Positions 28,987 to 39,906 of a DNA stretch of 64,000 bases are shown piece after piece (the first letter of the stretch is position 1; each line of letters starts with the position of its first letter). Source of the DNA: an uncultured Gammaproteobacteria bacterium (GTDB lineage: Bacteria; Patescibacteriota; Patescibacteriia; UBA1558; GWA2-36-10); NCBI GenBank assembly GCA_964633905.1, contig CAZWIT010000004.1, forward strand, positions 9,336-73,335. The letters are read 5' to 3'. Made by a program: the position numbers and the translations under genes. The notes below the pieces were generated by a model. It made no database searches. It was not told the origin of the DNA and worked only from the letters and a program-made list of their open reading frames with translations.

Positions 28987-29013
28987 ATTGGCGGTTATTT
29001 TATTTTTGTTTAA

Positions 29014-29088
29014 GGCCCTATCGTCTAATGGTTAGGACACCAGGTTTTCATCCTGGCAATCGGGGTTCGATTCCCCGTGGGGTCACCA
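29014..29088 (+). tRNA. tRNA-Glu (TTC)
   Basis: Anticodon arm CCAGG-TTTTCAT-CCTGG, GGTTCGATTCC, CCA end. Confidence 0.97.
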
Positions 29089-29154
29089 CTAAAAATCATT
29101 CCTAAAGGAATGTTTTTTTGATATACTTATGATGTTTAATTTTAAATTAAAATT

Positions 29155-29409
29155 ATGATAAAGGTTTTTAAATTTGAAAAGCAACTCTTAACATTTTTAG
29201 TTATTTTATGGATTATTATGTTAGGACAGCTATCGAATCCATTAGTGAGAATAGCTACAACTATATTTGTTTTTGCGCTTATCCCGTTTCTTTGCTCGGT
29301 AATTTTTATTAGAGTAAAAAAATTTTCAGCAAAGAAACAAGAAGAAATTTTTTTAATTTTACTTGGCATAGAGTTGTTTTTGTATGTGGTGTATTTTTTT
29401 GTAGGTTAA
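29155..29409 (+). CDS. Small membrane protein
   Basis: Three hydrophobic segments. Confidence 0.55.
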   Translation: MIKVFKFEKQLLTFLVILWIIMLGQLSNPLVRIATTIFVFALIPFLCSVIFIRVKKFSAKKQEEIFLILLGIELFLYVVYFFVG

Positions 29410-29423
29410 TTATTATAATTAAT

Positions 29424-29466
29424 AAAAACACCCACCCATTCGACTAGCCTCAGGGTGAGTGTTTTT
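29424..29466. repeat. Terminator-like hairpin containing REP-like motif
   Basis: AAAAACACCCACC...GGTGAGTGTTTTT; CCATTCGACT...CTCAGGGT shared with 62878-62906. Confidence 0.6.
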
Positions 29467-29483
29467 TGTTTATTAAAAGTTTA

Positions 29484-30896
29484 TTAATTTTTAGCTTGTT
29501 TATACTCAGCGCTATCTTTCCATATTCTCCAAGGCACAGAAGAATTAATAACCTTAGTATTGCCTTTAACGGCCAGTCTAATATCTTCAACTGGATAGCC
29601 GCCAAAAATATAAGCGTTGACTAATAAATTCCAATTAGGAGGAATAGATTTACGATATGGTAACCAGGCAAATAGTTGTTTAGCAGTTTTAGTTTCCATA
29701 CTTCTTTTATTGACTAAGGCTCTTTGAATTTGAATTAAAGTGCGGCCATAGCCTAGTGGGTTAAAATTATTATCAATTTCTTGCTTGTCATAAAAACCAT
29801 CACCATCACTGTCGGCTGAATTTGGATTAGTACCATAGGCTGATTCTTGATTGTCAGTTAAACCGTCATTATCACTATCAAGTCTAGCTGCAGCTTGAGT
29901 TTTAATTATTTTTTCACCCAAAATTATTTTTTGAATTTCCTCTGGACTTAATGGCTTGGTAATAAAGTTTTTTTCTTCAGTTACAAGATATTGGTAGTAT
30001 AAGGTGTCGTATAATTCTATTTTATAATAATAATTAGTATTAGGCTGTAGGTCGCTTAAAGTTATTTGATGATTTAAACTAGCTTGAGGGCTGACGTTTA
30101 ATTTGGTATAAAGTTGACCAGGATTTAAGCCATAATAAATATTAGCCTTGGCAACTAAATTAGTTTTCCAGCTAATAGTAATTTGCTTAGTTTGGATGAG
30201 GTCGCTGGTGATACTGATGGGCTGTAAATTATTGATATTGATTGTTGGATTAACATTAGGATTAGGATTGCGTAAAGTATTAAAAGCAGCGCTAGCTGTT
30301 CTATGTCCGCCAGTTTCACTTTCAACATCAATAATTATAGTATAATGTTGTTCTGGTAATAAATAATAGATATAAAGATTTTGTTCAGTAGCATAATTCC
30401 AAACATTAGTTACTTGTTCGCTACCGCCATTGTAGTAATAGGTGATTTTAGCCCTTGTTGCTATATCAGTTGACCAAGTAATAGCTAGAGCGTTATTAGT
30501 AACCTGTCTAATAGCAATTTGAGGTACGCTAGGTATTTTTACAGTTTCAGTCATTTCACCAGTATTAAAATTTTGCACAAAAGATTCTGAGCGTTGACCG
30601 CTAGGATTAATAGCAACTATTTTATAGTAGTAAATAGTTCTTTTAGCTAAACCAGTAATAGTAGTAGCATGTATAGTCTCTATAGTCATGTGGTCAACTA
30701 CTTGGTTGAGGTCATTACTATTAGTACCATAATAAATTAAGCCACGACTTGGCTCAGAACTGTGCCAATTAATCTTTGCACTACTATTTTGGATATTAGA
30801 AACACTAATAAAATCAATACTAAGTTGAGCCTGTGCCGGTAGGGCCAAACAAAAAATAAACAGTATTAAAGCTTTAATTGTTAGCTTTTTTAACAT
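29484..30896 (-). CDS. Secreted fibronectin type III repeat protein with Ca-binding DxDxDG repeats
   Basis: Signal peptide; three AxIxWxT...L.P.T.YYYKI units; DSDNDGLTD, DSDGDGFYD. Confidence 0.85.
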   Translation of the reverse strand: MLKKLTIKALILFIFCLALPAQAQLSIDFISVSNIQNSSAKINWHSSEPSRGLIYYGTNSNDLNQVVDHMTIETIHATTITGLAKRTIYYYKIVAINPSGQRSESFVQNFNTGEMTETVKIPSVPQIAIRQVTNNALAITWSTDIATRAKITYYYNGGSEQVTNVWNYATEQNLYIYYLLPEQHYTIIIDVESETGGHRTASAAFNTLRNPNPNVNPTININNLQPISITSDLIQTKQITISWKTNLVAKANIYYGLNPGQLYTKLNVSPQASLNHQITLSDLQPNTNYYYKIELYDTLYYQYLVTEEKNFITKPLSPEEIQKIILGEKIIKTQAAARLDSDNDGLTDNQESAYGTNPNSADSDGDGFYDKQEIDNNFNPLGYGRTLIQIQRALVNKRSMETKTAKQLFAWLPYRKSIPPNWNLLVNAYIFGGYPVEDIRLAVKGNTKVINSSVPWRIWKDSAEYKQAKN

Positions 30897-30955
30897 ATTT
30901 TTAGCTTAATATGATATTATTACATAAAATTAAGCATTTGTCAATACTAGAAAAT

Positions 30956-31612
30956 TTATAAGCTAGCTTTTAAGTAGTAGATATCTTTATTTTGTTTGCG
31001 GTAGATATTTTCATAAGTGGTAATGATTTTGAGCTTTGTTTCAGCGTTATTGTCCATGGCAATAGTGCTGGCTGTTAAAATTTTTCCAGCTTGTTCTTTA
31101 ATGCTTGCTTGGGAATAAATAAACAAATTATAGTTATCAGTTTTTAGATTAATTAACCCGTTTGTTTTTAGAATTTTTTTGTAAATGTTTAAAAAACGTG
31201 GACTAGTTAAACGTTTTTTAATTTTTCCTTTTTTACTTTGTGGATCAGGAAAAGTAAGCCAAATTTCTTTTACACTATTTTTTGGGAAAAATTCGGCAAT
31301 ATTTTCTATGGGCATTCTTAAGAATAAGGTATTCGTTAGTTTTTTATTAAGAGCTTCAGTAGCGCCGTGCCATAAACGTTCGCCTTGAATATCAATGCCA
31401 ATAAATTTTTCTTGGGGATATGCTTGAGCCAGTGCCAAAGTATATTCAGCTTTGCCACAACCAAGTTCCAAAGTAATTTTTTTATTATAATTAAAAAAAT
31501 CAGTTAATTTATTTTTTAAATTAGGGTCGTTTATTTCAATAACATTATCTAGATGATGTAAGGCCTCTATTTTTTGTAGTTTTTTGCGGGGCATATTTTT
31601 ATCATAAAACAA
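30956..31612 (-). CDS. trmB: tRNA (guanine-N7)-methyltransferase
   Basis: LELGCGKAEY, FPDP, RLTSPRFL, LKTD, TTYE. Confidence 0.93.
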   Translation of the reverse strand: MFYDKNMPRKKLQKIEALHHLDNVIEINDPNLKNKLTDFFNYNKKITLELGCGKAEYTLALAQAYPQEKFIGIDIQGERLWHGATEALNKKLTNTLFLRMPIENIAEFFPKNSVKEIWLTFPDPQSKKGKIKKRLTSPRFLNIYKKILKTNGLINLKTDNYNLFIYSQASIKEQAGKILTASTIAMDNNAETKLKIITTYENIYRKQNKDIYYLKASL

Positions 31613-31686
31613 AAATTAATTGATGTATAGACCAATTGACAAGATGACCATTTTTAATTAAAGTATATTACTGCTATAATACATAA

Positions 31687-32736
31687 ATGATTAAGATTTT
31701 AGCCATTGAAAGTTCTTGCGATGAGACCGCTATTGCTGTTTTAGAAGCTAGCGAGAATTCTTTGCTTTTGCGAAAAAATTTAGTCCACTCGCAAGTAGAT
31801 ATACATAAAAAATATGGCGGCGTAATACCAGAATTAGCTGCTCGCCAGCATTTGCAAAATATTTTTCCTTTACTTGATGAAGCTTTAGATGGTCAAAAAA
31901 TAAATGATTTTGATTATTTAGCTGTAACGCAAGGTCCGGGCCTTATCACTTCTTTGTTGTTAGGAGTTAATGTGGCTAAAACATTGGCTTACGCTAGTCA
32001 AAAACCATTAATAGCAGTTAATCATTTAGAAGGACACATTTATTCCAATTGGCTAAGTCATGATATTTTAGTAAAAAATAGCCAAGCCTATTTTCCTAGC
32101 GTTGTTTTGATCGTTTCGGGTGGTCATACCGAATTAGCGTTAATGAAAAATCATGGCGACTATCAATTATTAGGTCAGACTCTAGATGATGCTGTTGGCG
32201 AAGCTTTTGACAAAGTAGCTAAATTACTATCTCTTGGTTATCCTGGTGGACCAATTGTCAGTGCTAAGGCCGCTAAGGGCAATCCTAATAATTACACTTT
32301 ACCCCGGCCAATGCTTAATAGTCAGAATTTTGATTTTAGTTTATCGGGTTTAAAAACAGCTGTTTTATATAGCTTAGAAAAACAGGGTGATATAGACGAA
32401 CAATCTGTTAAGGATATTTGTGCTGCTTTTGAAGTAGCTGTAATTGAAGTGTTGCTTAAAAAAAGCATGGCAGCTGCTAAAAGTTTTGGTGCTAAATCTA
32501 TCATGCTGGCTGGCGGTGTAGCGGCCAATAAAAAATTAGCAGCTAGTTTGCAGGCTGCGGCGCAAAATTTTGGCTTAGCATTTTTTGCCCCAGAACAAAA
32601 TTTTACGGGAGACAATGCAGCTATGATAGCAGCTGCTGCTTATTATCAGATAATTAGTAAAAAAATGAATATTATATCTGATTCGGCATTATTAAATATG
32701 GAGCCTCGTGCTAATTGGCAATTAACTGTAAAATAA
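31687..32736 (+). CDS. tsaD: t6A37 threonylcarbamoyltransferase
   Basis: IESSCDET, HLEGH, VSGGHT, DDAVGEAFDK, DNAAMIA. Confidence 0.97.
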   Translation: MIKILAIESSCDETAIAVLEASENSLLLRKNLVHSQVDIHKKYGGVIPELAARQHLQNIFPLLDEALDGQKINDFDYLAVTQGPGLITSLLLGVNVAKTLAYASQKPLIAVNHLEGHIYSNWLSHDILVKNSQAYFPSVVLIVSGGHTELALMKNHGDYQLLGQTLDDAVGEAFDKVAKLLSLGYPGGPIVSAKAAKGNPNNYTLPRPMLNSQNFDFSLSGLKTAVLYSLEKQGDIDEQSVKDICAAFEVAVIEVLLKKSMAAAKSFGAKSIMLAGGVAANKKLAASLQAAAQNFGLAFFAPEQNFTGDNAAMIAAAAYYQIISKKMNIISDSALLNMEPRANWQLTVK

Positions 32737-32767
32737 CTTATAATTATTTTAAAGATAAAAATAAAAT

Positions 32768-33190
32768 ATGACAGAATATACCAGTCGCAATCCTCAAGAA
32801 ACCGAACAAATAGCCATTGATTTAGTTAAAAATTTATCAAGTGGAGCAGTTTTGGCTTTGGCAGGAAATTTAGGGGCTGGTAAAACCGTTTTTGTAAAAG
32901 GCTTGGCAAAAGCTTTGGGTATTGAAGATAGAGTAAATAGCCCAACTTTTGTTTTATTAAAAGTTTATAACACCCAACATCCTAAAATAAAAAGATTAAT
33001 TCACGTTGATTGTTATCGTTTAGAAGGGCAGGAAGATTTGCAGGACATTGGTTTAACAGATTTTTTAGATGACCCAGCTAATTTAGTAGTAATTGAGTGG
33101 GCTGACCGCATTAGTAATTTGCCAGCTGGCACTAAGCGTATCGAAATAACTTATCTAGAAGAAGATAAAAGAAAAATAGTGATTGAATAG
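32768..33190 (+). CDS. tsaE: t6A biosynthesis ATPase
   Basis: GNLGAGKT, SPTF, HVDCYRL, IEWA. Confidence 0.96.
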   Translation: MTEYTSRNPQETEQIAIDLVKNLSSGAVLALAGNLGAGKTVFVKGLAKALGIEDRVNSPTFVLLKVYNTQHPKIKRLIHVDCYRLEGQEDLQDIGLTDFLDDPANLVVIEWADRISNLPAGTKRIEITYLEEDKRKIVIE

Positions 33191-35759
33191 TTTTATGTCA
33201 GAGGAAAAGATTGATATTTTAGCTAAAGCTTATGAGCCTCAGGCTTATGAAGCGGAAATATATCAGCAATGGTTAGCTGGTGATTATTTTAACCCAGATA
33301 ATTCTCGCAATGATGGTCCATTTTTTAGTATGGCTATGCCACCGCCTAATGCAACCGGCATTTTACATATTGGTCATGCGGAGATTTTGTCTATTGAGGA
33401 TATTATCATTCGTTATAAACGTTTACAGGGTTATCGTACTTTGTGGTTGCCCGGCACTGATCATGCTGCGATTGCTACTCAAACTAAAGTAGAAAAAATA
33501 TTAGCTAGCGAGGGAACAGATAGGCACACTCTTGGTCATGATAAATTTATTGCTAGAGTAAAAAGCTATGTAGCCGATTCTCAAAGCACAATTAGAGAAC
33601 AGATCCGTAAGGTTGGTTGTAGTTGTGATTGGTCGCGTGAGCGTTATACTTTTGATGATGGTTTGTCGCAAGCGGTAAATACTGCCTTTGTTCGTATGTA
33701 TCAAGACGGCTTGATTTATCGTGGTCTAAGGATAGTAAATTGGTGCCCACGTTGCGCTTCTACTTTAGCTGATGATGAGGTTGAATATAAAGAACAAGCT
33801 GCTAAATTTTATTATATTCAATATGGGCCAATAGTAATTGCTACTACTAGACCAGAAACAAAATTAGCAGACACCGGTGTGGCTGTTAATCCTAATGATG
33901 TTCGTTATCAAAAATATATTGGGCAGACTTTAGATATTGACTTGGCGGGGCATCATATTAAAGTAAAAGTTTTTGCCGATTCAAGTGTTGATCCGGAATT
34001 TGGCACTGGCGCTATTGGTGTGACACCAGCTCATAGTTTAATAGATTATGATTGGGCTCAGAAAAATGATTTAGAAGTTATTAAATTAATTGATGAACAG
34101 GGTAAAATTTTAGCTAGCGGTGGTAAATATGCAGGCCTAGATGTTTTAGCAGCGCGCTCGGCTTTTGTAAAAGATTTAGAAGCAGCTAAGCTTTTAGTAA
34201 AAGTAGAGGATATAAAAAATAATCTATCGCTTTGTTATCGTTGTCATACGGCCATTGAGCCCTTGCCATCTGAGCAGTGGTTTGTGGCAGTCGAAAAGAC
34301 TGTGCCGGGTCGGGACAAGAGTCTAAAACAACTTGCTCAAGAGGCAGTTCACAGTGAAGATATTAAAATTATTCCTAAGCGTTTTATTAAAACTTATGAT
34401 AATTGGTTAAATAATTTGCATGACTGGTGTATTTCTCGCCAAATTTGGTGGGGTCATCAATTGCCAGTTTGGTATGACGAAGCTGGCAATGTTATTGTTG
34501 CCCTTGATGAAGCATCAGCCCAAAAACAGGCTGTTGGCAAAACTTTGCGTCGTGATCCAGACACATTAGACACTTGGTTCTCTTCTTCTTTATGGACATT
34601 TTCTACTTTAGGTTGGCCAAACAAAACCAAGGATTTAGAAAGATATCATCCTACTACAGTTATGCAGACTGGTTATGATATTATTTTTTTCTGGGTGGCC
34701 AGAATGATAATTATGAGTGAATATCTTTTGCAAGAAAAGCCATTTAGTATTGTTTATTTGAGCGGCCTAGTCAGAGATAAACAAGGTAAAAAAATGAGTA
34801 AGTCATCTGGCAATGGTTTAGATCCGATTGAGGTTATTAATGAATATGGAGCTGATGCTCTGCGTTTATCACTGGTAGCTGGCACTACGCCTGGCGCTGA
34901 TTTTAGAATTTATCCAGAGAAAATTGCTGGTTATCGTAATTTTGTTAATAAGCTTTGGAATATTGCTCGCTTTATTTTTTCTTCAGTAGCAACAGTACAA
35001 AGGGTAAAAGTGCGACCACGGGCAATAAGTTTAGCCGATGCTTGGATTTTAGCCGAATATGATATTTTAGTAAAAGAGATTACTTCAGATTTCCATAATT
35101 GGCGACTGGCTCCGGCTATTGAAAAATTATATAATTTTACTTGGGCAAAATTAGCGGATTGGTATTTAGAAATTGTTAAAATTGAAAAAAATATTAACCC
35201 AAGTTCTGCTAAAACTAAAGACGAAATTCTTTTGTATCTACTTGAGGGATTACTAAAATTATGGCATCCCTTTACTCCTTTTGTGACTGAAGTATTGTGG
35301 CGTCAGTTTAAGCCAGAGCATCTTTTAGTAATAGAGCATTGGCCAAAAGCGGAACAGATTGACCAGACAGTTATTAAAAAATTTATAGAATTACAAGAGC
35401 TGGTTACTCAGATTCGTAATTTAAAAGTAGCTAACAAGATAGCCCCACAACAAAAATCTCCTTGCCAATTGGACAGTATTTCTTTGTCCAAGGATGATCT
35501 GCAGGTAGTTGCCCGTTTAGCGCGGGTAGAGCTAGTACCCAAATTGGACAAAGGGCAGACAATAAATATTGGTCAAAGTACTATTGTGATTGACTTGGAT
35601 CAGGGTTTGAGTGATAAAGAAAGAGAGGCCCTGGCGGATTATTGTGCTAAATTAAAGATACAATTGTCTAATAAAGATTTTTTGAATAATGCACCAAGGC
35701 AAGTTATTGATGATTTAAAGGAAAAGTTAAAACAAGCTGAAAAAAAATTAAGTAAATAA
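33183..35759 (+). CDS. valS: Valine-tRNA ligase (start possibly ATG 33195)
   Basis: PPPNATGILHIGH, GTDHAAIATQ, DWCISRQIWWGH, KMSKS. Confidence 0.97.
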   Translation: MNSFMSEEKIDILAKAYEPQAYEAEIYQQWLAGDYFNPDNSRNDGPFFSMAMPPPNATGILHIGHAEILSIEDIIIRYKRLQGYRTLWLPGTDHAAIATQTKVEKILASEGTDRHTLGHDKFIARVKSYVADSQSTIREQIRKVGCSCDWSRERYTFDDGLSQAVNTAFVRMYQDGLIYRGLRIVNWCPRCASTLADDEVEYKEQAAKFYYIQYGPIVIATTRPETKLADTGVAVNPNDVRYQKYIGQTLDIDLAGHHIKVKVFADSSVDPEFGTGAIGVTPAHSLIDYDWAQKNDLEVIKLIDEQGKILASGGKYAGLDVLAARSAFVKDLEAAKLLVKVEDIKNNLSLCYRCHTAIEPLPSEQWFVAVEKTVPGRDKSLKQLAQEAVHSEDIKIIPKRFIKTYDNWLNNLHDWCISRQIWWGHQLPVWYDEAGNVIVALDEASAQKQAVGKTLRRDPDTLDTWFSSSLWTFSTLGWPNKTKDLERYHPTTVMQTGYDIIFFWVARMIIMSEYLLQEKPFSIVYLSGLVRDKQGKKMSKSSGNGLDPIEVINEYGADALRLSLVAGTTPGADFRIYPEKIAGYRNFVNKLWNIARFIFSSVATVQRVKVRPRAISLADAWILAEYDILVKEITSDFHNWRLAPAIEKLYNFTWAKLADWYLEIVKIEKNINPSSAKTKDEILLYLLEGLLKLWHPFTPFVTEVLWRQFKPEHLLVIEHWPKAEQIDQTVIKKFIELQELVTQIRNLKVANKIAPQQKSPCQLDSISLSKDDLQVVARLARVELVPKLDKGQTINIGQSTIVIDLDQGLSDKEREALADYCAKLKIQLSNKDFLNNAPRQVIDDLKEKLKQAEKKLSK

Positions 35760-35760
35760 A

Positions 35761-35786
35761 ACCCAACCCTTCGCGAAGGGTTGGGT
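35761..35786. terminator. Perfect 26-bp palindrome between convergent genes
   Basis: ACCCAACCCTTCGCGAAGGGTTGGGT. Confidence 0.7.
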
Positions 35787-35843
35787 AAAGTTGCTTTTGT
35801 AATATAAATTATTATATTATCTAGATCTTCTAGATTTTTTATT

Positions 35844-37571
35844 TTAATCTTTCACTTTGCTCCAAACTTCATCAATAGAGGTGATTCCTTCTAAAGCTTT
35901 GAGTAATCCATCTTGTAACATAGTAATCATACCGTTAGCTATGGCCATTTTTTCAATTTCATATTCAGAGACATTACCAGATAGGATAATTTTTTCAATT
36001 TCCGGTGACATGACGAATATTTCATAAATACCAGTTCGGCCTTTGTAGCCTAAATTATGGCATTCGTTACAACCGGTAGCACGATAAAATTTTAAATTAT
36101 TCAGGTCAGTAGATGTTTGGCCTGATTCTGGTTTAATTAATTTTAGGGTATTTAAGATATCGGTCATTTTAGTATTATCAATCGTGTTGTCTTCTGTTTT
36201 GCAGTGAGGGCAAAGTTTGCGCACTAAGCGTTGGCCAATAATAGCATTAAGAGCAGGCGCTAGTAGAAATGATTGTACTCCCATGGCAAGTAATCTGGGA
36301 ATAGTAGCGGCCGCTGAATTGGTATGCATACTGGTCAGCATTAAGTGGCCAGTTAAAGCAGCGTTAATAGCCGTGTCGGCTGTTTCTAAATCTCTGATTT
36401 CACCAACCATAACAATGTCAGGATCTTGGCGTAAAATTGCCCGTAAACCTTTGGCAAAAGTATAGCGGCTGGCACCTTCTTTTTCTTTATCCTTATTGAT
36501 TTCAGAATTGCTTTTATTTTCAACTTGACTTTGGACTATGCCTGGTAATTTATATTCAATTGGGTCTTCTAGAGTTATAATTTTAGTTTCTGGCTTATTT
36601 AATTTATTTAAAATTGCATAAAGGGTAGTTGTTTTACCAGAGCCAGTAGGGCCAGTGGCTAAAATCATGCCGTTAGGTTTACTCATCTGGTTTTGCAGGT
36701 CATTAAAAGATTTTCCGCGTAAACCTAAAGCCTCAAATTGTAGTCCAACGCTAGAAGAGCGTAGTAAACGCATAACAATACTTTCACCATAGGCTGAGGG
36801 GATAATAGAAACACGGACATCCACTTTATCTTTGGACATGGATATGGTAAACCTGCCATCTTGGGGTTGATTGCCGATATTTAATTTTAGCTGGGCAAGT
36901 AGTTTGATACGGGAGTTTAGTTTTTCCCAAGAATCAGAAGCAAGACTTAGAGCGTCATGTAACACACCATCAATTCTAAAACGAATTTTTACTTCTTTTT
37001 CTTCAGCTTCAATATGAATATCGGAAGCAGAGAATTTTAGGCCAGCGGCAATGATTAAATTGATAGTTTCAGTAAGGCTCGTTTCAGCTACTAATTTATT
37101 TAAAGCATCAAAATTAGTTAATTGCTCATTAAATTTATTTAAATTTTCTTCGCTAATATTGACCCCCTCAATTTGGACGATGGTAGGTATTTTAGCGTAA
37201 ATTTTAAAAGCGTATTCAAAACTATTTTCCGAAATTAAATAAATTTTAACATTAGCATGATGAACATCGGCTAATTCTTTTGATAAATTAGACACCTGTG
37301 GGTTTTGAGGGTTCAAAGAGGCTAAACGGATTTCTTCTCCAGTATATAAAAAGCAGACTGTTTGTAAATTTTCAGCCATGGTTTGAGGAATTAGCTTTAG
37401 AGCCTCTTGAGAAACGGGAAATTTATCTAAATTAATATAAGCCACTCCTAATTGTTGAGCTTTTTCTTCAACTTCTTTTTCTTTTTCTTTAAGTTGAATG
37501 GCTCCCAATTTTTGTTTTAGATTAGCAGTTGTTTGTTCGTCAAAAGTTGGTGATTTGGCTAAATCGTCCAT
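35844..37571 (-). CDS. Second GspE/PilB family ATPase
   Basis: ASDIHIE, GPTGSGKTTTLY, LRQDPD, GYKGRTGIYE. Confidence 0.92.
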   Translation of the reverse strand: MDDLAKSPTFDEQTTANLKQKLGAIQLKEKEKEVEEKAQQLGVAYINLDKFPVSQEALKLIPQTMAENLQTVCFLYTGEEIRLASLNPQNPQVSNLSKELADVHHANVKIYLISENSFEYAFKIYAKIPTIVQIEGVNISEENLNKFNEQLTNFDALNKLVAETSLTETINLIIAAGLKFSASDIHIEAEEKEVKIRFRIDGVLHDALSLASDSWEKLNSRIKLLAQLKLNIGNQPQDGRFTISMSKDKVDVRVSIIPSAYGESIVMRLLRSSSVGLQFEALGLRGKSFNDLQNQMSKPNGMILATGPTGSGKTTTLYAILNKLNKPETKIITLEDPIEYKLPGIVQSQVENKSNSEINKDKEKEGASRYTFAKGLRAILRQDPDIVMVGEIRDLETADTAINAALTGHLMLTSMHTNSAAATIPRLLAMGVQSFLLAPALNAIIGQRLVRKLCPHCKTEDNTIDNTKMTDILNTLKLIKPESGQTSTDLNNLKFYRATGCNECHNLGYKGRTGIYEIFVMSPEIEKIILSGNVSEYEIEKMAIANGMITMLQDGLLKALEGITSIDEVWSKVKD

Positions 37572-37671
37572 ATTTTTTAGTTAAATTATAGACTAATTAT
37601 ACTTTTCTAAGTCTTATAAGTCAATTTACCCTGCATTTTTTGGGTGCAGGGTAAAATTTGGAGTTTATTTT

Positions 37672-38652
37672 TTAGCGAGTCATATGAGGAAAATGTTTTT
37701 GCGCTAGGCGGTGGATTTTACTATGACTAGGAGTCTTGCTAGTGAGACGTAAAAAGATATTAGACCATAGTAAATTGTAGTAAGCACCGTAAAAAGCGGT
37801 AGCAAATATTAAAATAATAATACCAATTAATGATCCTAGGCCAACCATGATCCAAGCTAAGTTTTCATTGCCAGCGGCGATAAAGGCGGTAATAACAAAA
37901 GGCGTGAAAACAGTAAAGATAACAGCCAGCATGGCAATAAAATAAATAATAGTTGTGCCAATAATGGCTAAAGCGCTTTCAATAGTAATTAGCCAATTAA
38001 TTTTGAATAAATACCAGCCATTAACAAAGGCGCTAAACACTGCTTGATTATAGACTACAATATAGCCAATGCTATAACGAGTTACAAAAGAGATAATAGC
38101 AATTAAAGGTATTAAAACAAAGAAAATGATTATTAACAATAAGAGAAAATAAATTACGCCACCTTTTATTGAAGCAATGCTTATTAAGGGTTGGATGATG
38201 AAAACCAAGAAATAGTAGCTAACTAATAAATTGATTAAATTAACACCAAGTACTGGCCAAAATTTTTCTAAGCCTATTTGCAAACTAGCGTTGAATTTTG
38301 GATTTGAACTTTTATTGTTTTTTTGAGATTGCCAAGCGCTATGCATCAGTGCTGCTTGAGAGGAAATAGCAATAATCACTACGGCTGTGAGTATAATAAA
38401 TAGACCGAGTAAGGCAAAAGTTAAATTCAGGTTAGACCAATTTAAGCTAGCTCTCGTAATGGTGGTAAATGTTTCCCACCAACCAGTTACAGAAGAACTT
38501 AAAAGAGTTGGACCTGGGTTTTCAAAGTCAAAGGCAATTTTAATTTCATTAAATCCCAGTAGCGAGGCAAATAAACCAAAGAAGAGCAAGTGCAGATTTT
38601 TTTTAAGTAGTTGCCAAGCTTGACCGTAAATTTTACGATAAAATGTATCCAT
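37672..38652 (-). CDS. Polytopic membrane protein of unknown function
   Basis: About 7 hydrophobic segments. Confidence 0.75.
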   Translation of the reverse strand: MDTFYRKIYGQAWQLLKKNLHLLFFGLFASLLGFNEIKIAFDFENPGPTLLSSSVTGWWETFTTITRASLNWSNLNLTFALLGLFIILTAVVIIAISSQAALMHSAWQSQKNNKSSNPKFNASLQIGLEKFWPVLGVNLINLLVSYYFLVFIIQPLISIASIKGGVIYFLLLLIIIFFVLIPLIAIISFVTRYSIGYIVVYNQAVFSAFVNGWYLFKINWLITIESALAIIGTTIIYFIAMLAVIFTVFTPFVITAFIAAGNENLAWIMVGLGSLIGIIILIFATAFYGAYYNLLWSNIFLRLTSKTPSHSKIHRLAQKHFPHMTR

Positions 38653-38791
38653 ATTTTTATTTTATAATTTGATTTTTATTTAAAATATAAAGAAATCTCA
38701 ATTAACTATATTATACAATATTTTAGAGAAAAAATATATACCCTAGTTTAAAGATTATTTTATAATTAGTAATAGCATTAATAAGCAATAT

Positions 38792-39840
38792 TTAGTATAA
38801 ATATTTTTTGATGGCTAATTTTGATTTTATTAAGTAAGTTGCAAAAAAATGAGACGATAATAATACGAATAAAAATAAAAGTAGTGAGGATATTTAAAAT
38901 TAATTCGATCATAAATAAATAAGTAGTAAAAAATGTAAGGTATAATATGAAAACAATACATAATAATGCTATATTGACGATATTTAAGGGAGTCAAATTT
39001 ATGTTTTGGTTCGAATTTTTGTAAAAATAAAAATAGTGATACAGCAGCTGGCACTAACAATATAGACATATTATAATCATTTTTGTGTGGGTAGTTAATC
39101 TGCAGGTAAAGAAGAGCTATTACCTCTATCAGAAACAAAAAAATACTTATTAAAAATATTTTAAATAAAGAGTAGCTTTTCATTAATATTTGTTTTTTGG
39201 CATACCAGGCTCCTAGGGACACAAAAATTAAACCTTGCAATAAGCGCGTGTTATTTTCTTTAAATATTGATCTAAGGAAGCTAATTAATGGTTCTAGTGG
39301 TGAGTTGGCGATTAGAAAAAAATAAGCATCTCCTATAATTCCTATGAAGTAAAAAATTATAGCAAGACTCAGAAGATATTTAAGTGGTATTTTTTTAATT
39401 TTTATTATATAAATAGTCGTAATAGAAATAATCAAGGCAGGGAAGAACCATAGATGGAAATGACTACCCCAATAAATAAAATTTATCAAATAGTCACTGA
39501 TGATACTTAAGTAATTTTCAAAAGTTTTTGGTGAGCTGTCGATTAGAGGGTAGATTAAATCATAGGGAAGATAGATAATTGTCCAAGCTAAATAAATAGT
39601 TAGTAATCTTTTAAGGTAGCTAAGGTATATTTTTTTGGGTTGATTTTCATTTTTTATTTTTTTATAGAAAAAATAGCCAGCTACAATAAAAAAGAAAGGC
39701 ACAACTAAGCGGCTTAAAAAATTAATAATAACAAAATTTAAATTAGGTGATATTTCGTATAATGAAGATGTATGATTAGCGATAATTAAAATAGAACCAA
39801 GATATTTCATCAAATCAATGCTTTGAATATTTTTATTCAT
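38792..39840 (-). CDS. Acyltransferase-3 family membrane protein with apparent frameshift near 38892
   Basis: SIDLMK..LIIANH, RLVVPFFF..AGY, HLWFFPAL, YCFH; final TM helix LLLFLFVLLSSHFFATYLIKSKLAIKKYLY* lies in another frame ending at 38792. Confidence 0.75.
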
Positions 39841-39906
39841 GTTTTATATTATCATAGCATTATAAAAAATATAACTCAAAATTTGAGCTATATTTTATCT
39901 TATTAA

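Noticed and set aside
38778-38996. Separate 72-aa ORF or true acyltransferase C-terminus
   Set aside because: Shadow frame; the third frame ending at 38792 gives a more typical terminus
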